NCBI GenBank assembly: GCA_951406725.2
Contig: OX597816.1
Location: forward strand, 58,218,001 to 58,282,000
Source: Octopus vulgaris
Taxonomy: Eukaryota
Length of the DNA: 64,000 nt
Direction: 5' to 3'
In this document: piece by piece, positions 38,961 to 53,575 of the stretch
Numbering within the stretch: position 1 is the stretch's first letter
Layout: each line of letters starts with the position of its first letter
Translations under genes and position numbers: made by a program
Notes under the pieces: model-generated
Told to the model about the DNA's origin: nothing
Seen by the model: only the letters and a program-made list of their open reading frames with translations
The model's database searches: none

Positions 38961-41825
38961 CGAAACGCATAGTAGATGAAACCATGGCGATTGAAGAAGG
39001 AGAATTTTCCTTGTGTTATTTGTCCTGTACTCTATTTTTTCATCGTTTAAGAAAAATGTCCAGTTCCTTGGTTTTGTGCTTATGTTTTCGTTTCTCATTG
39101 TGTTCGATGTTTTTTTTGTGTCCTGTACCCATATATGCATATATATATACATGTTGAGGTAGGTGCGTACATATATGTATATATATATGCATATGTTTTA
39201 TTTATTAATTTATATATATATGTATATATATATAGGTCTCGTAAAACAAATCTTTTTCATCTTATTTCCTTCTTTGTATATATTTTTTCTTCTTTTACTT
39301 GTTTCAGTCATTTGACTGCGGCCATGCTGGAGCACCGCCTTTAGTCGAAGATATCAACCCCCGAGACTTATTCTATCGGTCTATTTTGCCGAAACGCTAA
39401 ATTACAGGAACATAAATACACCAACATCGGTTGTCAAGCAATAGTTGGGGTGGGGGACAGACACAGACACACAAGCATATACACACACACAAGCATATAC
39501 ACACACACAAGCATATATATATATGTCGGGCGTCTTTCAATTTCCATCTACGATCTACGAAATTCACTCACAAGGTTTTGGTCGGCTCGAGGCTACAGTA
39601 GAAGACGTTTGCCCAAGGTACCACGCAGTGGAAATGAACCCGGAACCATGTAGTTGGGAAGCAAGCTTCTTACCACACAGCTACGCCTAGGTATAGGCGA
39701 ACGATTTCAGTAAGTCGCCCTGTTTTTCACCAGGTTTCGTATCTCACTGAAAATACCGTAGTACACCTGATTATAGCCCTTTAAATGTTCTGCTCAAGTT
39801 TCTTCACTTCTAAGCGGAGAATGAAACGCATTGGAAAAAAGATGGCTTAGAACGACGTCTTAAAATGAATCACAACAATAACAACTCGCGCGTGCTTTAT
39901 AATTGGTACAAGATAAGGCTTATCATGTTCTGCTGAGAAATACTATGGTATAACCAAAAGGGAAATAATCTCAACTAACCGTCATGAAAACAAATTGAGT
40001 TAGCAAATTACAACAACGAAATAAAGAAGCTCCATGATTATTTGGGCATAAACAGCTTAAATGAACGGAATACCATCTTGCAGCACTGAACATAAGATTG
40101 ACTTCGTCTGTTTGGACAAAAGAACCTTTTTTCATACTGCTACTTGCAATCAAACATAGTTATATGAAAATTCTCTGTGTACACACAAACACACACATTG
40201 TCAGGTGCTATGATATACCTGAAACCTATGGTAACTTTCAGACCGTCCATAACCAACCATATACTACTACTTTATATATTATGCATGTATATGCTTCTAT
40301 GTTTTAATTATTATAACTCTCCTGCTAAGCGCTTTGTCCGATGCACCAACGATTCTGATAATAAAGTAGTGAATCGGCCGAAATGTTATGTCCTTGTAGT
40401 TTAGTTATGTACGATGACCTGCTGTCTTAATCAGAACCTGTAATTATGAATTTTTGGTGTGTCACTTTTTAAATATAACGATATATAAAAACACACCACT
40501 GGAACAAAATAGTCACGTGAAAAACAAACCAAAAAAACCCAACAATGCAAGAAAATATTGGTTTCAAAATTCGGTACAAGGCCAGCAATATCAGGGGTAA
40601 AGTCGATTACATCGACCCCTGTACTCAGCTGATACTTATCTTATGGACCCTGAAAAGATGAAAAGCAAAGTCAACTCAGCGAATTTGAACTCGGAACGTA
40701 AAGACAAACAAAATACTGCTAAGCATTGTGTCCGACGCGTTAACAGTTTGTCAGTTCGCCGCCTTCACAATAAAAGACAATATTCTTTTCTACACTAGGC
40801 ACAAGGCCCAAACTTTTTGGGGAGGGTGCCAGTTGATTACACCACCCTCAGTACGCAACTGGTACTTAATTTATCGACCCCGAAAGGTAAAGTTGACATC
40901 GGCGGAATTAGAGCTCAGAACGTAAAGACAGACGAAATATCGATAAGCATTTCGCCCGGCGTCCTAACGTTTCTGCCAGTTTGCTGCTTTACCATAAAAG
41001 ACAATATAAAAAATCTTTTATCTTTTACTCGTTCAAGTCGTTGGACTATGGCCATGCTGTAGAAACACCTTGAAAGGGTCGAACAGATTGACTCGGGTAT
41101 ATATTTATATTTTAAGTCGGATTTTAACGGTCTCTGTAGTTATGGGGATTCTAACGGTCTCTATAGCGAAGGTATGGGGTCGTAAACAAACCAACTTCGG
41201 TTGTCAAGCGGTGGTGGGGGACAAACACATACGATTAAACACACACACACATGCATGTATTTATGTATATGTATATATACACACACACCAAATTCACTTA
41301 CAAGGTATTGGTTGCCCCGGGGCTTTAGTAGAAGACACTTGCTAACAATACCACAGAGTGGAACTGAACTCGGTGTCACATGGCTTAACCACACAGTCGT
41401 ACCTATATTTAATAGGTGTACTTAAATATTTAAGATGACCTGGATCCCCAAAAGCTAAATATTGAATGGGGGTCTCCTTTTAACAAGCCAGGGTCTTTAC
41501 ACACCATAGTCTCTCCGCAATAAGCTTTTTATTGCAAATTAAACATGCGAGGGTATAGGACTACAAAAGAATATATTAAACTTTACAAGACTTCAAAAAA
41601 CTTCATAAGAGGTGTTCAAAGTGTCATCCTTCATTTTCAGTATATAAGTTGACTCGTCTACACATGTTTGACTGTTGGAGAGTCAGGATGAAAGAAATTC
41701 ACTGCGGAGAGTATTTTTGAATACCCTGTATTTTCACTGAAGTCACTAATTTTTAAGTGCAAATCCTGCAAGCACTTAAGTGAGGACAGTTTCTTTGATG
41801 AGCAATTTGCTATTATTTGAAGACA

Positions 41826-41859
<34 letters not shown>

Positions 41860-41887
41860 CAGTGAGAGCAGAGGGTAGAGAGGGAGT

Positions 41888-41920
<33 letters not shown>

Positions 41921-42509
41921 TGTGTGTGTGTGTGTGTGTGTGGGGCCTTACCGAGAAGACCCTTTCGCTAATTAGTCATTTAGCAGTCGTCGTAGCAGTT
42001 TGTGGAGTAACAAGAGCTGGTCGAAAGCATTTTAGTCGCTGCTTCGTTAGTGAGTTCACCTATAATTTCAGAGGCCCGTATATCGTAATTAAGTCACGCG
42101 GTTTGTTGAAAAATAAAAAAAATAAAAATAAAAATATAAAGGAGTAAGACAACAACAACAACAACAAAAAAAAAAAGGCAAGAGAACATACATATAAGAA
42201 TAAAAATAAAAAAAAACCCAACTTTCTTGGTCTTATCAATATAGAAGTGGCAAAGAAGTTTCACTGGGAAGTTGATTAATTAACGGCCAAATATATCTTA
42301 ATGTTAGTTCGGACAGATGTGTGTGTGTGTGTGTGTGTATGTGTGTATGCGTGCGTATGTGTGTGTGTTGTGACAGTTACTAGAACATCTATTTCTAGTT
42401 TTCACTCGCAGTGGCAGGTCGTTATTCCTCACTCTATTTTAGGCCATAAATATTGGTCGGCTGGGTTATCACGAGGTTATCTTTTACAGCTTTGAACAGA
42501 TTATTTATC

Positions 42510-42570
<61 letters not shown>

Positions 42571-42860
42571 TACTTAATGAACCTATTCTACCTTGTGTTT
42601 TGGGAGGGTCATTACGTGATGACGATAATAACACACGCACTGGTTTAATATCACATCTTTATTGTTAGTCAGTTGGTTAAATATCTTACTGAATAACTAA
42701 CTAATCGATCGTTTGTTTAATGTGTTGGTTAAGCAATTAATCAGTTATTTGTTTGTTTCAGAAACTCGGAAGAGACCTTGCGGAGAAAGGGCAAGTCAAT
42801 GAGAAGGTCGTGAATAACGACCAAAGTACTTTGCCTAACAAACAACATTTTATCTATCTG

Positions 42861-42930
<70 letters not shown>

Positions 42931-42931
42931 C

Positions 42932-43382
42932 AGGATCTTTTCGCTTTGTCCGGCAGTTTTTTAAAATAATTTCCATGTAACTAAACACTTTTAAACTTCG
43001 TATACTGGTAGAATGTGTTTATAAAACATCTTTTTCTCTTGGCTTTCTTGAGAACATTCTGTAGTTTGTAAGATATTTTCTTTAATTTCTGCAATTTCAA
43101 CCAATCAATGACGTCTATTGAGGCGAAATCATTCTCTCCGTAAACATTTTCTGGCGGTGATATAGGGAATTGTCCCTAGTTTAAGAAACAGATTGGGTTT
43201 ATTTACATTTCTGAAGAAAAAAAAGATACCCCTCCCCCACCCCTAACCCCCAACTAACCCTAACTCTAACCCTAACCCTAAAACAGATTGAAATGCAATA
43301 GATCGATACTAGGGTCATAATTATGGGTGACAATTTCATATGACACCGCTAGAAAAACTGCCGGTCAAAGCGAAAAGATCCT
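42932..43382. mobile_element. MITE with about 30-bp TIRs and an internal (CCCTAA)-like tract
   Basis: AGGATCTTTTCGCTTTGTCCGGCAGTTTTT ... AAAAACTGCCGGTCAAAGCGAAAAGATCCT, sitting between TCTA and TATG microsatellites. Confidence 0.8.
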
Positions 43383-43738
43383 CTATGTATGTATGTATCT
43401 GTATGTATGTATGTATGTATGTATGTATCTATCTATCTGTATGTATGTATGTATGTATACATGTATCTATATTTATTTTGCACGAGTGGCTGTGGTAGAC
43501 ACAGGAGTGACTGTATGGTAAGTAGTTTGCTTACCAGCCACATGGTTACGGGTTCAGTCCTACTGCGTGGCACCTTGGTCAAGTGTCTTCTACTATACCC
43601 TTGGACCGACTAATGCCTTGGTAAGTGGATTTGGTAGACGGAAACTGAAAGAAGCTCGTCGTATATGTATGTATATGTTTGTCTATGACAGTGACGCTTG
43701 CTTTTAACCATCATTCGAATTCACGACAAAGTAGCTGT

Positions 43739-43787
<49 letters not shown>

Positions 43788-43979
43788 TTTCGTTTACGCA
43801 TAGTGTTGTTAATAACCAGGTGTTATAGCTTAGTATACGTATGCTTTAGAACAAAGCGTCGGTCGAGTACAGAGCAGTAAAAAAAAATTTAAATGCCATA
43901 GGAACAAGAAATTAAGTCATGCACTTCATTAGCTTACAGCTATTTCTGCTATAAGATGCAATGTACTCACAGTTATATA

Positions 43980-45230
43980 TTGGGTCATCCCATAAATAAT
44001 GCGGTTTTTCCAACCGCATAAACTAAAAGTTGGAGGGGGACGGGATAAACTACCTGCATCAACTTGCTATGAAAGCAGGGAGTAATTTTACCTTGTCCTT
44101 ATTCTTAGTGCAAGTTTTGAAGAGTGCAGTTCGATTTTAACAGTTCGATTTTTTTCAAAGTTATAATGGAAGAGACAAAGGAACATATTCAGCATTTTTG
44201 CTTTATGAGTTCAATAAAGGCAACAACGTGCAAGAAATATTAATGCAGTATATGGGGATCGGACAATAAGCATAATGTCAACTGTGGTTCCAGAAATTCC
44301 GAACCGGAAGCTACAGCCTAGAAGATGATCCTCGTCCTGAAAGATTTGTAGAGGTCGACGAGGACGTCCTGCAAACTCTGGTGGAACAAAATCCCGTCGT
44401 AACTGTTGAGGAACTAGCAGAGAAGCTTGGATTTGGAGATCATTCATCGACACCTGTTTACCATCGGAAAAGTCAGCAAGTTAGATTAGACTCGGAAGGG
44501 TTGCTCACAAACCTTCCGAGTCTAAACGCGCGCAGAGAGTGAGTGCTCTTTACTGTCACATCTCACGAATGAACCTTTTTTTGGACCGAATAGTGACTGG
44601 TGACGAGAAACGGGTCTCTATAAAAGGGTCAAGCGCCGAAGGCAGTGGGTTGGGAAAGGAGAAACACCAGCACCCCAGACTATAGACGGTCTTCGCCCAT
44701 GTAAGATGTTGTTATCCGTTTGGTGGGATATGAAAGGCGTAGTCCACTTTGAACTTTCAAACCCAAACCAAACGATAACAAAGGAGAGCCACTGTGAACA
44801 GTTTGAGCGGCTTAAGTCAGCGCTAGAGGAAAAACGACCATCTTTCGTTTCAAGGTGTTCTTCTATTTGGATAATGTTCGATCACATACAGCGAGGTTGA
44901 CATTCCAAAGGTTGGAGCAGTTTGAATGGGAAACGATGCCCCTCCCACCCAGATGCTCCATCTGATTATCACTTATTCCACAGTCTTCAAAATCATTTGG
45001 ACGGAAAAAATATGAATTCTGTAGACGAGGTCAAAACAGTATTGGAGGAGTATTTTTCGTCACGGACAAGTGAATTTTGGAAGAGGGGCCTTGCAAGTGT
45101 ACCAGAATGATGGAAGAGCATTGTAGAAAATGAAGGAGAGTATATTTTAGATTAAAAAGAATTTGCTTATCTTATATTGAAAAATAAAAAAAAAGTATAG
45201 AAAAACCGCATTATTTATGGGATGATCTAA
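43980..45230 (+). mobile_element. Second, distinct decayed mariner transposon
   Basis: TIRs TTGGGTCATCCCATAAATAATGCGGTTTTTC / GAAAAACCGCATTATTTATGGGATGATCTAA. Fragments IVTGDEK, MLLSVWWDMKGVVHFE, APSDYHLFHSLQNHL, with many disablements. Confidence 0.93.
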
Positions 45231-46272
45231 TGTATATGTGTGTGTGCGTGTTTGTGTGTATGAAAACACGTACACACACTTAAGCCGACATTTTACATTT
45301 CGCGGTAATTGGGCCGTTACAATCTGCAACCAACGATTTTAATTTCCATCCATTGCAATGGAAAATAAATAACCTTTACCCGAAACACTTCAAATTCAAA
45401 ATGAAGTCCACATAACCGCATATACCTACTTACAGCTCAACAGACAGGGTTCTATGGTGTGGTTAAGACATGGTCATAACACAGAGCGGCCCCGTAACAT
45501 GGATACGACAATGGCTTAAACACATTGAATTTGACCTTTTAGGCGAAAGTAGTTTCACTTCCATAAAATCTAGATCCCAGTAGATATGTCGGTCGTTACC
45601 TCGGACCACCCACATATTCGTTTCAGCCACGAAAAAAATTTCACAAAATTCCTGATTTTGTCTGCTACATTCTTTTACATTCTTCACCATTTTGGTAACT
45701 GTCAGTAAGGTGATAGCAGTGTATGATTTATTTATTTATTTTTCTTGAGCCCCAGGACGCGTAAGATCGGTTACTTAGTTTCCATGGTTGATAAGTGACC
45801 GTCATCACTGAACGAGACGCCGGTCCGTTACGATGTCCAAAGCCAGTAATTTTGAGAAGAGGGGACAAGTCGATTTGCCCGACCCCTGTAATTGACTGAT
45901 ACTTTATTTTATCAATCGTGAGACGATAGCACTGTAGTACTTGTACCTCTTGTGGACTGCTCTGTCGAAATAAATAAATACAACCCTAGATTGATGAAAG
46001 ATACCGTCGACTTCCCCGAGACTTGAATTTAGGAGCTGGAAGTAATGCCGTTTAGCATTTTGTCCGATGTGCTAACGATTCTACCGGCTCGCCACCAATA
46101 AATATGTCTAGGCACAGGAGTGGCTGTGTTATAAGAAGCATGCTTCCCAAGCACATGGTTCCGGGTTCAGTCCCATTGTGTGACATCTTGGGCAAGTGTC
46201 TTCTACTATAGCCCCGGGCTGATTAAATCTTTGTAAGTGGATTTGGTAGACAGAAACTGAAAGAAGGCCATC

Positions 46273-46321
<49 letters not shown>

Positions 46322-46607
46322 ACCCTTTATTATAATAAGGGTTAGGCCTAACCCTTATTATAATAAATATTGTTTAAGTTTACCGATAATGGTCTTTTAC
46401 ATACCGAATCACTACTTGGTGGAATTATTAATTATTAATTAATTAATTAATTTTACCCTTTATTATTATCATTATTATCATTATATATATATATATATAT
46501 CACCGCGACCGACCAGGCTATCAGATGTTGCTAAACATCGCTGGTCACAATGCGCTTCGCATTGTTTTAGCCTTCAAATGACGCCACCCCGCTGGCTAAG
46601 CGAGCAG

Positions 46608-46662
<55 letters not shown>

Positions 46663-46914
46663 ATATATATATGTGTGTGTGTGTCTGTCTGTCTTTAATC
46701 CCCCCATCATCGCTTGACAACCGATATTGGTGTGTTTATATTCCCGTAACTTAGCGGTTCGGAAAGAGAGACTAATAGAATAAGTACTAGGCTTACAAAG
46801 AATAAGTCCTGGGCTTGATTTGTTCGACTAAAGGCGGCGCTGCAGCACGGCTGTAGTCAAATGACTGAAACAAATAAAAGAATGATATACACAAACACAC
46901 ACACGCATACATAC

Positions 46915-47685
<771 letters not shown>

Positions 47686-47703
47686 ATATATGATATGTAT
47701 GTA

Positions 47704-47736
<33 letters not shown>

Positions 47737-49469
47737 GTGTATATGCTCAGTAAACGAACGTCAGTTAGAGGCTGGTGTTGTCATATTTAGATCAGATGAG
47801 ACTCGTTGAAGAAGACTCATGATGAAAGCCATTCTAGCTGTAACCACGCCATCGTAATTTTGTAAAGCGGTGGATTACGTTATCAAATCCGCCCATCCAT
47901 TTTAAGACAGAAGGGTGACGCTTGAAGGAGTTGGTTGCCATTTCTTCCATGTCTAACGACCAAAGAAAGGAGCTTCGCATTCGTTCATAAATTATAGTGT
48001 TGTGTTTACCCGACGGTTCACGAATTTGACAAAATAACAAAACTATCGGCGCAGGCATGGACTGTGTGGTTAAGAAGTTCGCTTTGCAGACATGTGACTT
48101 CACGTCCCGTCTCACTTGCACGAGTCTACCCCAGGACCAACAAATTCTTTGTGGGTGACTTTTGTCGACAGCGTACACACACACGCATATAAACACACAC
48201 AATGGACTCTCCCGTCTTTAGAGGACGTATGAGGGTTTATAAACGTATTTGCTTATAGTGATATATATTTGTGTTGCCCAAAGGCGGCGAGCTGGCAGAA
48301 ACGTCAGCACGCCGGACTAAATGCGTAGCCGTATTTCGTCTGCCGCTTCTGAGTTCAAATTCCGCCATGGTCGACTTTGCCTTTCATCCTTTCGGGGTCG
48401 ATAAATTAAGTACCAGTTACACACTGGAGTTGATAGAATCGACTTAATCCGTTTGTCTGTCCTTGTTTGTCCCCTCTATGTTTAGCCCCTTGTGGGTAGT
48501 AAAGAAATATATATATTTGTGTTGCCCATAAGCTCATTCCCTCCATCAAATCGACATTACCTGTACAGGTGCACATGTCAGAGGATGAAATAATTGCAGA
48601 GCAACGTAAAATGAAGTGTTTTGCACAAGAACAGAACGCAACGCCTGCTCTGGGAACCGAACCCACGATGTCACAATCGTGAGTGCAACACGCTAACCAC
48701 TAAGCCATGCACCTTGTGTGTCCGTTCTTAACCACTTACGAACTTAAATACAACTTTGGGGAGGCTAGATTCCCTTGTTCGAAAATATAAGGACACGTAG
48801 TGTCGTATAGCCAGCTGGAGATGATGCCTCCTGGGGCTAAATTACAGCAACATTCGTCCTAAACCAGGACAGCCAGGTTATGTTGGCAAACAATCTTTAC
48901 TAAAACTTTGGTGTGTTTCAGCCAAAATAGTAAAATAACCAATCAAGAAAATTTGTCATTTTGAAGTGAAATCTCGTGGTATCAGAGTCCATTCATGTAG
49001 GAGTTTGGTGCCCGAATTGTATCTCTAATTCTGAGAAGCAAGATGTTTCAAAACGAATGCAGTTAGATACTAATTATCTCTCTATGGGGAATACACAGTT
49101 CTCCTCGAATGCAGTTTTTACATCCAAGAACAGAGAGCCGAAGATGGGTGCCTTATGACAAGATATTCCTTGAAGAAATTTTGTCCCGATATCGTTTGAA
49201 GATGATGCGGTCATTTGAATTGCTTTGGGAATAACCTTAAATAGAACAGAATATGTCGAGGGAAAGTTAATTGTGCGCAGTGTGCATGTGTGTATAAGCA
49301 ACAAAAAACGTTATCGATGTATTTATACCTAATATTCATTTATTCTTTTACGTGTTTCAGTTATTTGACTGCGGCCATGCTGGAGGACCGCCTTAAAGGG
49401 TTGCATACTACTTATTCTATCGGTCTCTTTTTTCCGGGCGGGGGAACAAACACAGATAGACAAATATAT

Positions 49470-49678
49470 ACAGGGGTTGGACAAAATAACGGAAACACCT
49501 AGTATCATAATTTTGAAATATCTATAAAACCGTCAAAAGCTTGTTTATTTTTATGTTTTTTGATTTATTATTAGTGTTGCTTAATATGTTTTGCTAAAAT
49601 TGCTGTTTCTTTCCAGATATCATCAGAAAAAGGTAATTAAAATTAATTAAAATGACAGATCTATCGAACTTTCAAAGA
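49470..49678 (+). mobile_element. 5' end fragment of a Tc1-like transposon
   Basis: TA-CAGGGGTTGGACAAAATAACGGAAACACC terminus and a truncated ORF start MTDLSNFQR, embedded in SINE sequence. Confidence 0.5.
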
Positions 49679-49819
49679 ACAAATCGACCCCAGGACTTAC
49701 TCTTTGTAGGCCCAGTACTTATTCTATCGGTTTATTTTGCCGAACCGCTAAGTTACGGGGACATAAAGACACCAACATCGATTGTCAAGCGATGGTTGGG
49801 GGACAAACACCGACACACA

Positions 49820-49861
<42 letters not shown>

Positions 49862-51444
49862 CGACGGACTTCTTCCAGTTTCCGTCTACCAAATCCGTTC
49901 AGAAAGTTTTGGTCGGCTCGAAGCTAAAGTAGAAGATAATTTGCCCAAGGTGTCACGCAGTGGGACTGAAACCAGAACCATGTGGTTGGGAAGCAAGCTT
50001 CTTACCACACAGCCAGGCGTGTTTCGGAAGATCGGTCAAACATCAATTACGTAAACTTAAATGTTCATTTACGAGACAAATGCACTCAGCCCGCTTCATT
50101 AACACATATTGGCCAAAATACTTGATATCATCATACACTCCGGTAACATGTTGAGCCTTTCGCCGCACTATTTAGATTAAGCACATATACACACACACTT
50201 GGCTAGACTATATCTGTTTAGCGTTCTGTTTTGTCTCTTACCGTTTTCTGTCATTCTCTCGACTAGTTTATAAATCATAAAGTAAGAAGCGAATTTGTTT
50301 TTTTTTCTTCCCCTCCCGTCTGGTAATCTGCCTGGGACTAGCAGACTTCCCACGACTTGCTAACTGGCTAGATATTTGTCTATTGATGTTAAATATCTCC
50401 CACAAAGCATGTCCGTTTGAAGGTCAATCACTCTTGACCCCCCCAATCATCAAGCTTGTTGACCTCGTTCTCTCTCTCTCGCAACTGATTCTACTCAAGA
50501 GGAACAACCTATTACAACCTCTTAGAGATGTCAAAAAACGAAAAAAGATTCTTGAGAGTCAAGTACTTGACGTCCTCGTCATCATCGCCGTCGTCATCTC
50601 GTTGACTTGGTGGTGGAACATGACGGCTGTTTTCCTGATTTTTTGTTTGTTTGTTTGTTTTTACAATACCTTTTATCGCCTTACAAGTTTCACTCATTAG
50701 ACTACGACCATGCTGGAGTCCCCCACCCCGCACTTGAAGAAATTTAGTCGAACGAATCGACTAAATTTCTTTTTTAAGCCTGTTACTTATTCGATCTATA
50801 TCTTTTGCCGAACCGCTCAGTTATGGGGGACATAACGACACCAACACCGGTTGTTAAGCTGTGGTGGAACACACACACACACACGACGGGCTTTTGTGCA
50901 TGTGTGTGAGTGTGTGTATGTGCTTGTATTTGTCTTCGCTCATTGCTTGACAAACCAATGTTGGTTTGTTTACTTTCCGTAACTTAGTGGTTCGGCAAAA
51001 GAGACCGACAGAATAAGTACCAGACTTAAATTACAAGTCCTGGGGTCGATTTGATCTATTAAACCCTTGAAGGCAGTGCTCCAGCATGGCCAATGTTCAA
51101 TGACTGAAAAATAAAAAAGAAAATATATATAAGAGATATCGAGGACAACATTACCACAAGTATCCTTCCTTTTTCCAGGCGTTAGGGTATGATCTGAGGG
51201 GCACTTGGCTGCTACTTTTTAGCAGAAGATATCTAATACAATATCATCTAACTTAGCATTAGATGAACGTTAGCTGCAGTGATGAATGGGATAGTCATTG
51301 TTGGAGCGCCTTTGATGATAGTGAAGACTAATCAATCACCTACATAAATAGTCAGCAATTATATTAAACCCATCCCGAAAGAGCATTGATGATTCAGCGA
51401 ATTCTGAAAGTGACAACCGCCACCAGTCAGCACGATATCAGAAA

Positions 51445-51494
<50 letters not shown>

Positions 51495-51519
51495 ATAATA
51501 ATAATAATAATAAAAAAAG

Positions 51520-52200
51520 AGGAAAGGGAGGAATGTTGTAATAAAGTGATAAGTGCAGAATTTGTGGACAAAATGTAGAAACCGTATGGAATATTACCAG
51601 CCAATGTACGCCACTAGCCCAGAAGGAATATAAGAGACGCCACGACAATATAGCAAGGCTTGTCCATTGGACACTTTGCGACAAGTATGGACTTGGCAGA
51701 GCAAAAGATTGGTACGACCATAAACCTGAAGGCATCGTCGAAAATAGAAATGCAAAGATCCTATGTAATTTTATGATTCAGTGCGACCATGAGATAGAGA
51801 ATAGGAAGCCAGACAGTCTTAATTAAGAAAGAAAACAAACTACGCTGGATCATAGATATAGCAGGCCTGGCTGACAACAAGGTATGCGATAAAGAAGAAA
51901 GAAAAGCCGAGAGATATGACAGGTTAGCTTGGGAAGTTAAGCAGTTGTGGTCGATGAAAAAGGTGGCAGTAGTACCAATAATCGTCGGAGCCCTGCGAAC
52001 TGTGAGCAAAAATCTCGAGAAGTACGTGGAACAAATAGGGGCTGCAATAAAGGTGGAGCATTTGCAGAAAGCAGCACTGCTTGGAACCGCTCGAGTACTC
52101 CGGAAGGTACTCGAAAAATAATAGGTGTTACGTTAGTTCACTGGCAGTGAACAGCTGACACCGTAGTACATCTCCAGCGTTAGAAGCTGTACAAAGGCAA
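51520..52200 (+). mobile_element. 5'-truncated R4/Dong-type non-LTR retrotransposon (restriction-like endonuclease C-terminus and 3' UTR)
   Basis: CRICGQNVETVW..C..LAQKEYKRRHD, RKPD..IIDIA...K..RY, PIIVGAL, AALLGTARVLRKVLEK* (stop 52119-52121). Flanked on both sides by (TAA)n. Confidence 0.88.
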
Positions 52201-52201
52201 T

Positions 52202-52241
<40 letters not shown>

Positions 52242-53034
52242 GTAGTAGTAAAAAGGACGACCGCTTGAGTCCATTGTCCTGTTTGGGCTCGGTCGAACAT
52301 TTGGAACCAGTCTTTTCCAAGACCAATTAGCCGGAAAATTGACTCCTGGAAAAAAAAAATCATTCCTTGAAGAGCAATTGATGATAATGACAAACGGCGG
52401 AGCGAAAATGACTGACTCAGTAAGAGGAGAAGGAAGAGGAAGGGGAGGAGTGTTGTAAGTGAAATAATGACAGAGGTCAGATAGTAGGACGGAGGTCATA
52501 ATAGCAGTAATAAGGTCGACAACTACAGGTTGTTTTAGATCATAGTACTGGAGTGATTTATCAGCCTGAGGTCAAATTGTAGGACAGGTCAAATGGCAAA
52601 GTGCAGATGTTAATTGCTGCATACGTTTAAAATAGTAGGACCGGGGCTGGAGATGGTGGTGGTGAAATAACACATTACCGGGAGGTTGTTTATTGCAGAG
52701 GTGAGATAGTAAGACGAAGGTCAAATGGTAAAAAAGTAAGGTGAAATAAACAAACATGTTGATTAAAAAAAAAAAACACACCTGGAAAGACCGAAGGTTT
52801 GAGAGCAGAATATCTTTAGCTTTCTGACTAACTCCTCCTCACCACCACCACCGCCGCCATAAACACCACCACCACCACCGCCGCCACCTGTAGCAACCGA
52901 CAATGATTGCTTCTCACATAGAGAGACGGTATACTCATTTAGATAAGGCCAGTTTTTGTTATTTTAATTAAACAAAAATGAGCAGAGAGAAATCACTACG
53001 AGTGGCCAGTGACATGCGTTTGGATGAAATAGAC

Positions 53035-53339
53035 CAGAGGTTCCCAAACTTTATGGGCCACCCCCCTACATAATACCCTCAGCGACCCTACCCATATTTT
53101 TATGTATAAATAGATATTTTAGATTCTACTAATTTATATATACTATGAATCATTTGATATTTCATATATAATTTGTATACAATGCTATAGTAATATTATA
53201 ATCCCAGTCCACTGCTTTCCTCCCAACGCCTCTTTTTTCTCTACCGCCCCAACCCTCACCGCTTCCTTAGGTACCAGCGCCCACCTGGACCGTCTCAACG
53301 CCCACCGGGGTGCAGCAGCACCCACTTTGAGACCCTATG
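53035..53339. mobile_element. hAT (Charlie-like) MITE
   Basis: Ends CAGAGGTTCCCAAACT ... ACTTTGAGACCCTATG with an 8-bp near-duplication AAATAGAC / GAATAGAC. Confidence 0.75.
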
Positions 53340-53439
53340 GAATAGACTCGGGTCACTCTATCGATATCAGTAACTTTGTACCTAATAATGGAGGTTACTT
53401 TTTCTATTTTGGCAAGTGCATGCATTGGTTAGCGAGTGG

Positions 53440-53575
53440 GGCAGCCAGAGGTGCCCAACATTGCAACATCTGTGCAAAGGAGTGTAGCTCTTCTGCAAGA
53501 CTGAAAAACCACATCCGTACCGGAAGAGAACAATCACACGATAATATAACCCGAAACCGAGATGCAGCCGTCATA
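53440..53575 (+). mobile_element. Isolated zinc-finger-like fragment, probably an RTE-type LINE 3' end
   Basis: HCNICAKECSSSARLKNHIRT: a single finger lacking the last His, with no splice context seen. Confidence 0.4.

Noticed and set aside
40219-40263. Possible small CYP upstream exon YMVGYGRSESYHRFQ ending at CAG|GTATAT in phase 0
   Set aside because: The H-x-x-Q end fits, but the acceptor is purine-rich with competing AGs and in-frame stops directly upstream, and there is no PGP motif. Unsupported without transcripts.
49074-49236. Minus-strand ORF with KAPIFGSLF, vaguely like a CYP N-terminus
   Set aside because: No PGP motif, no suitable phase-0 donor, and it ends in a stop.
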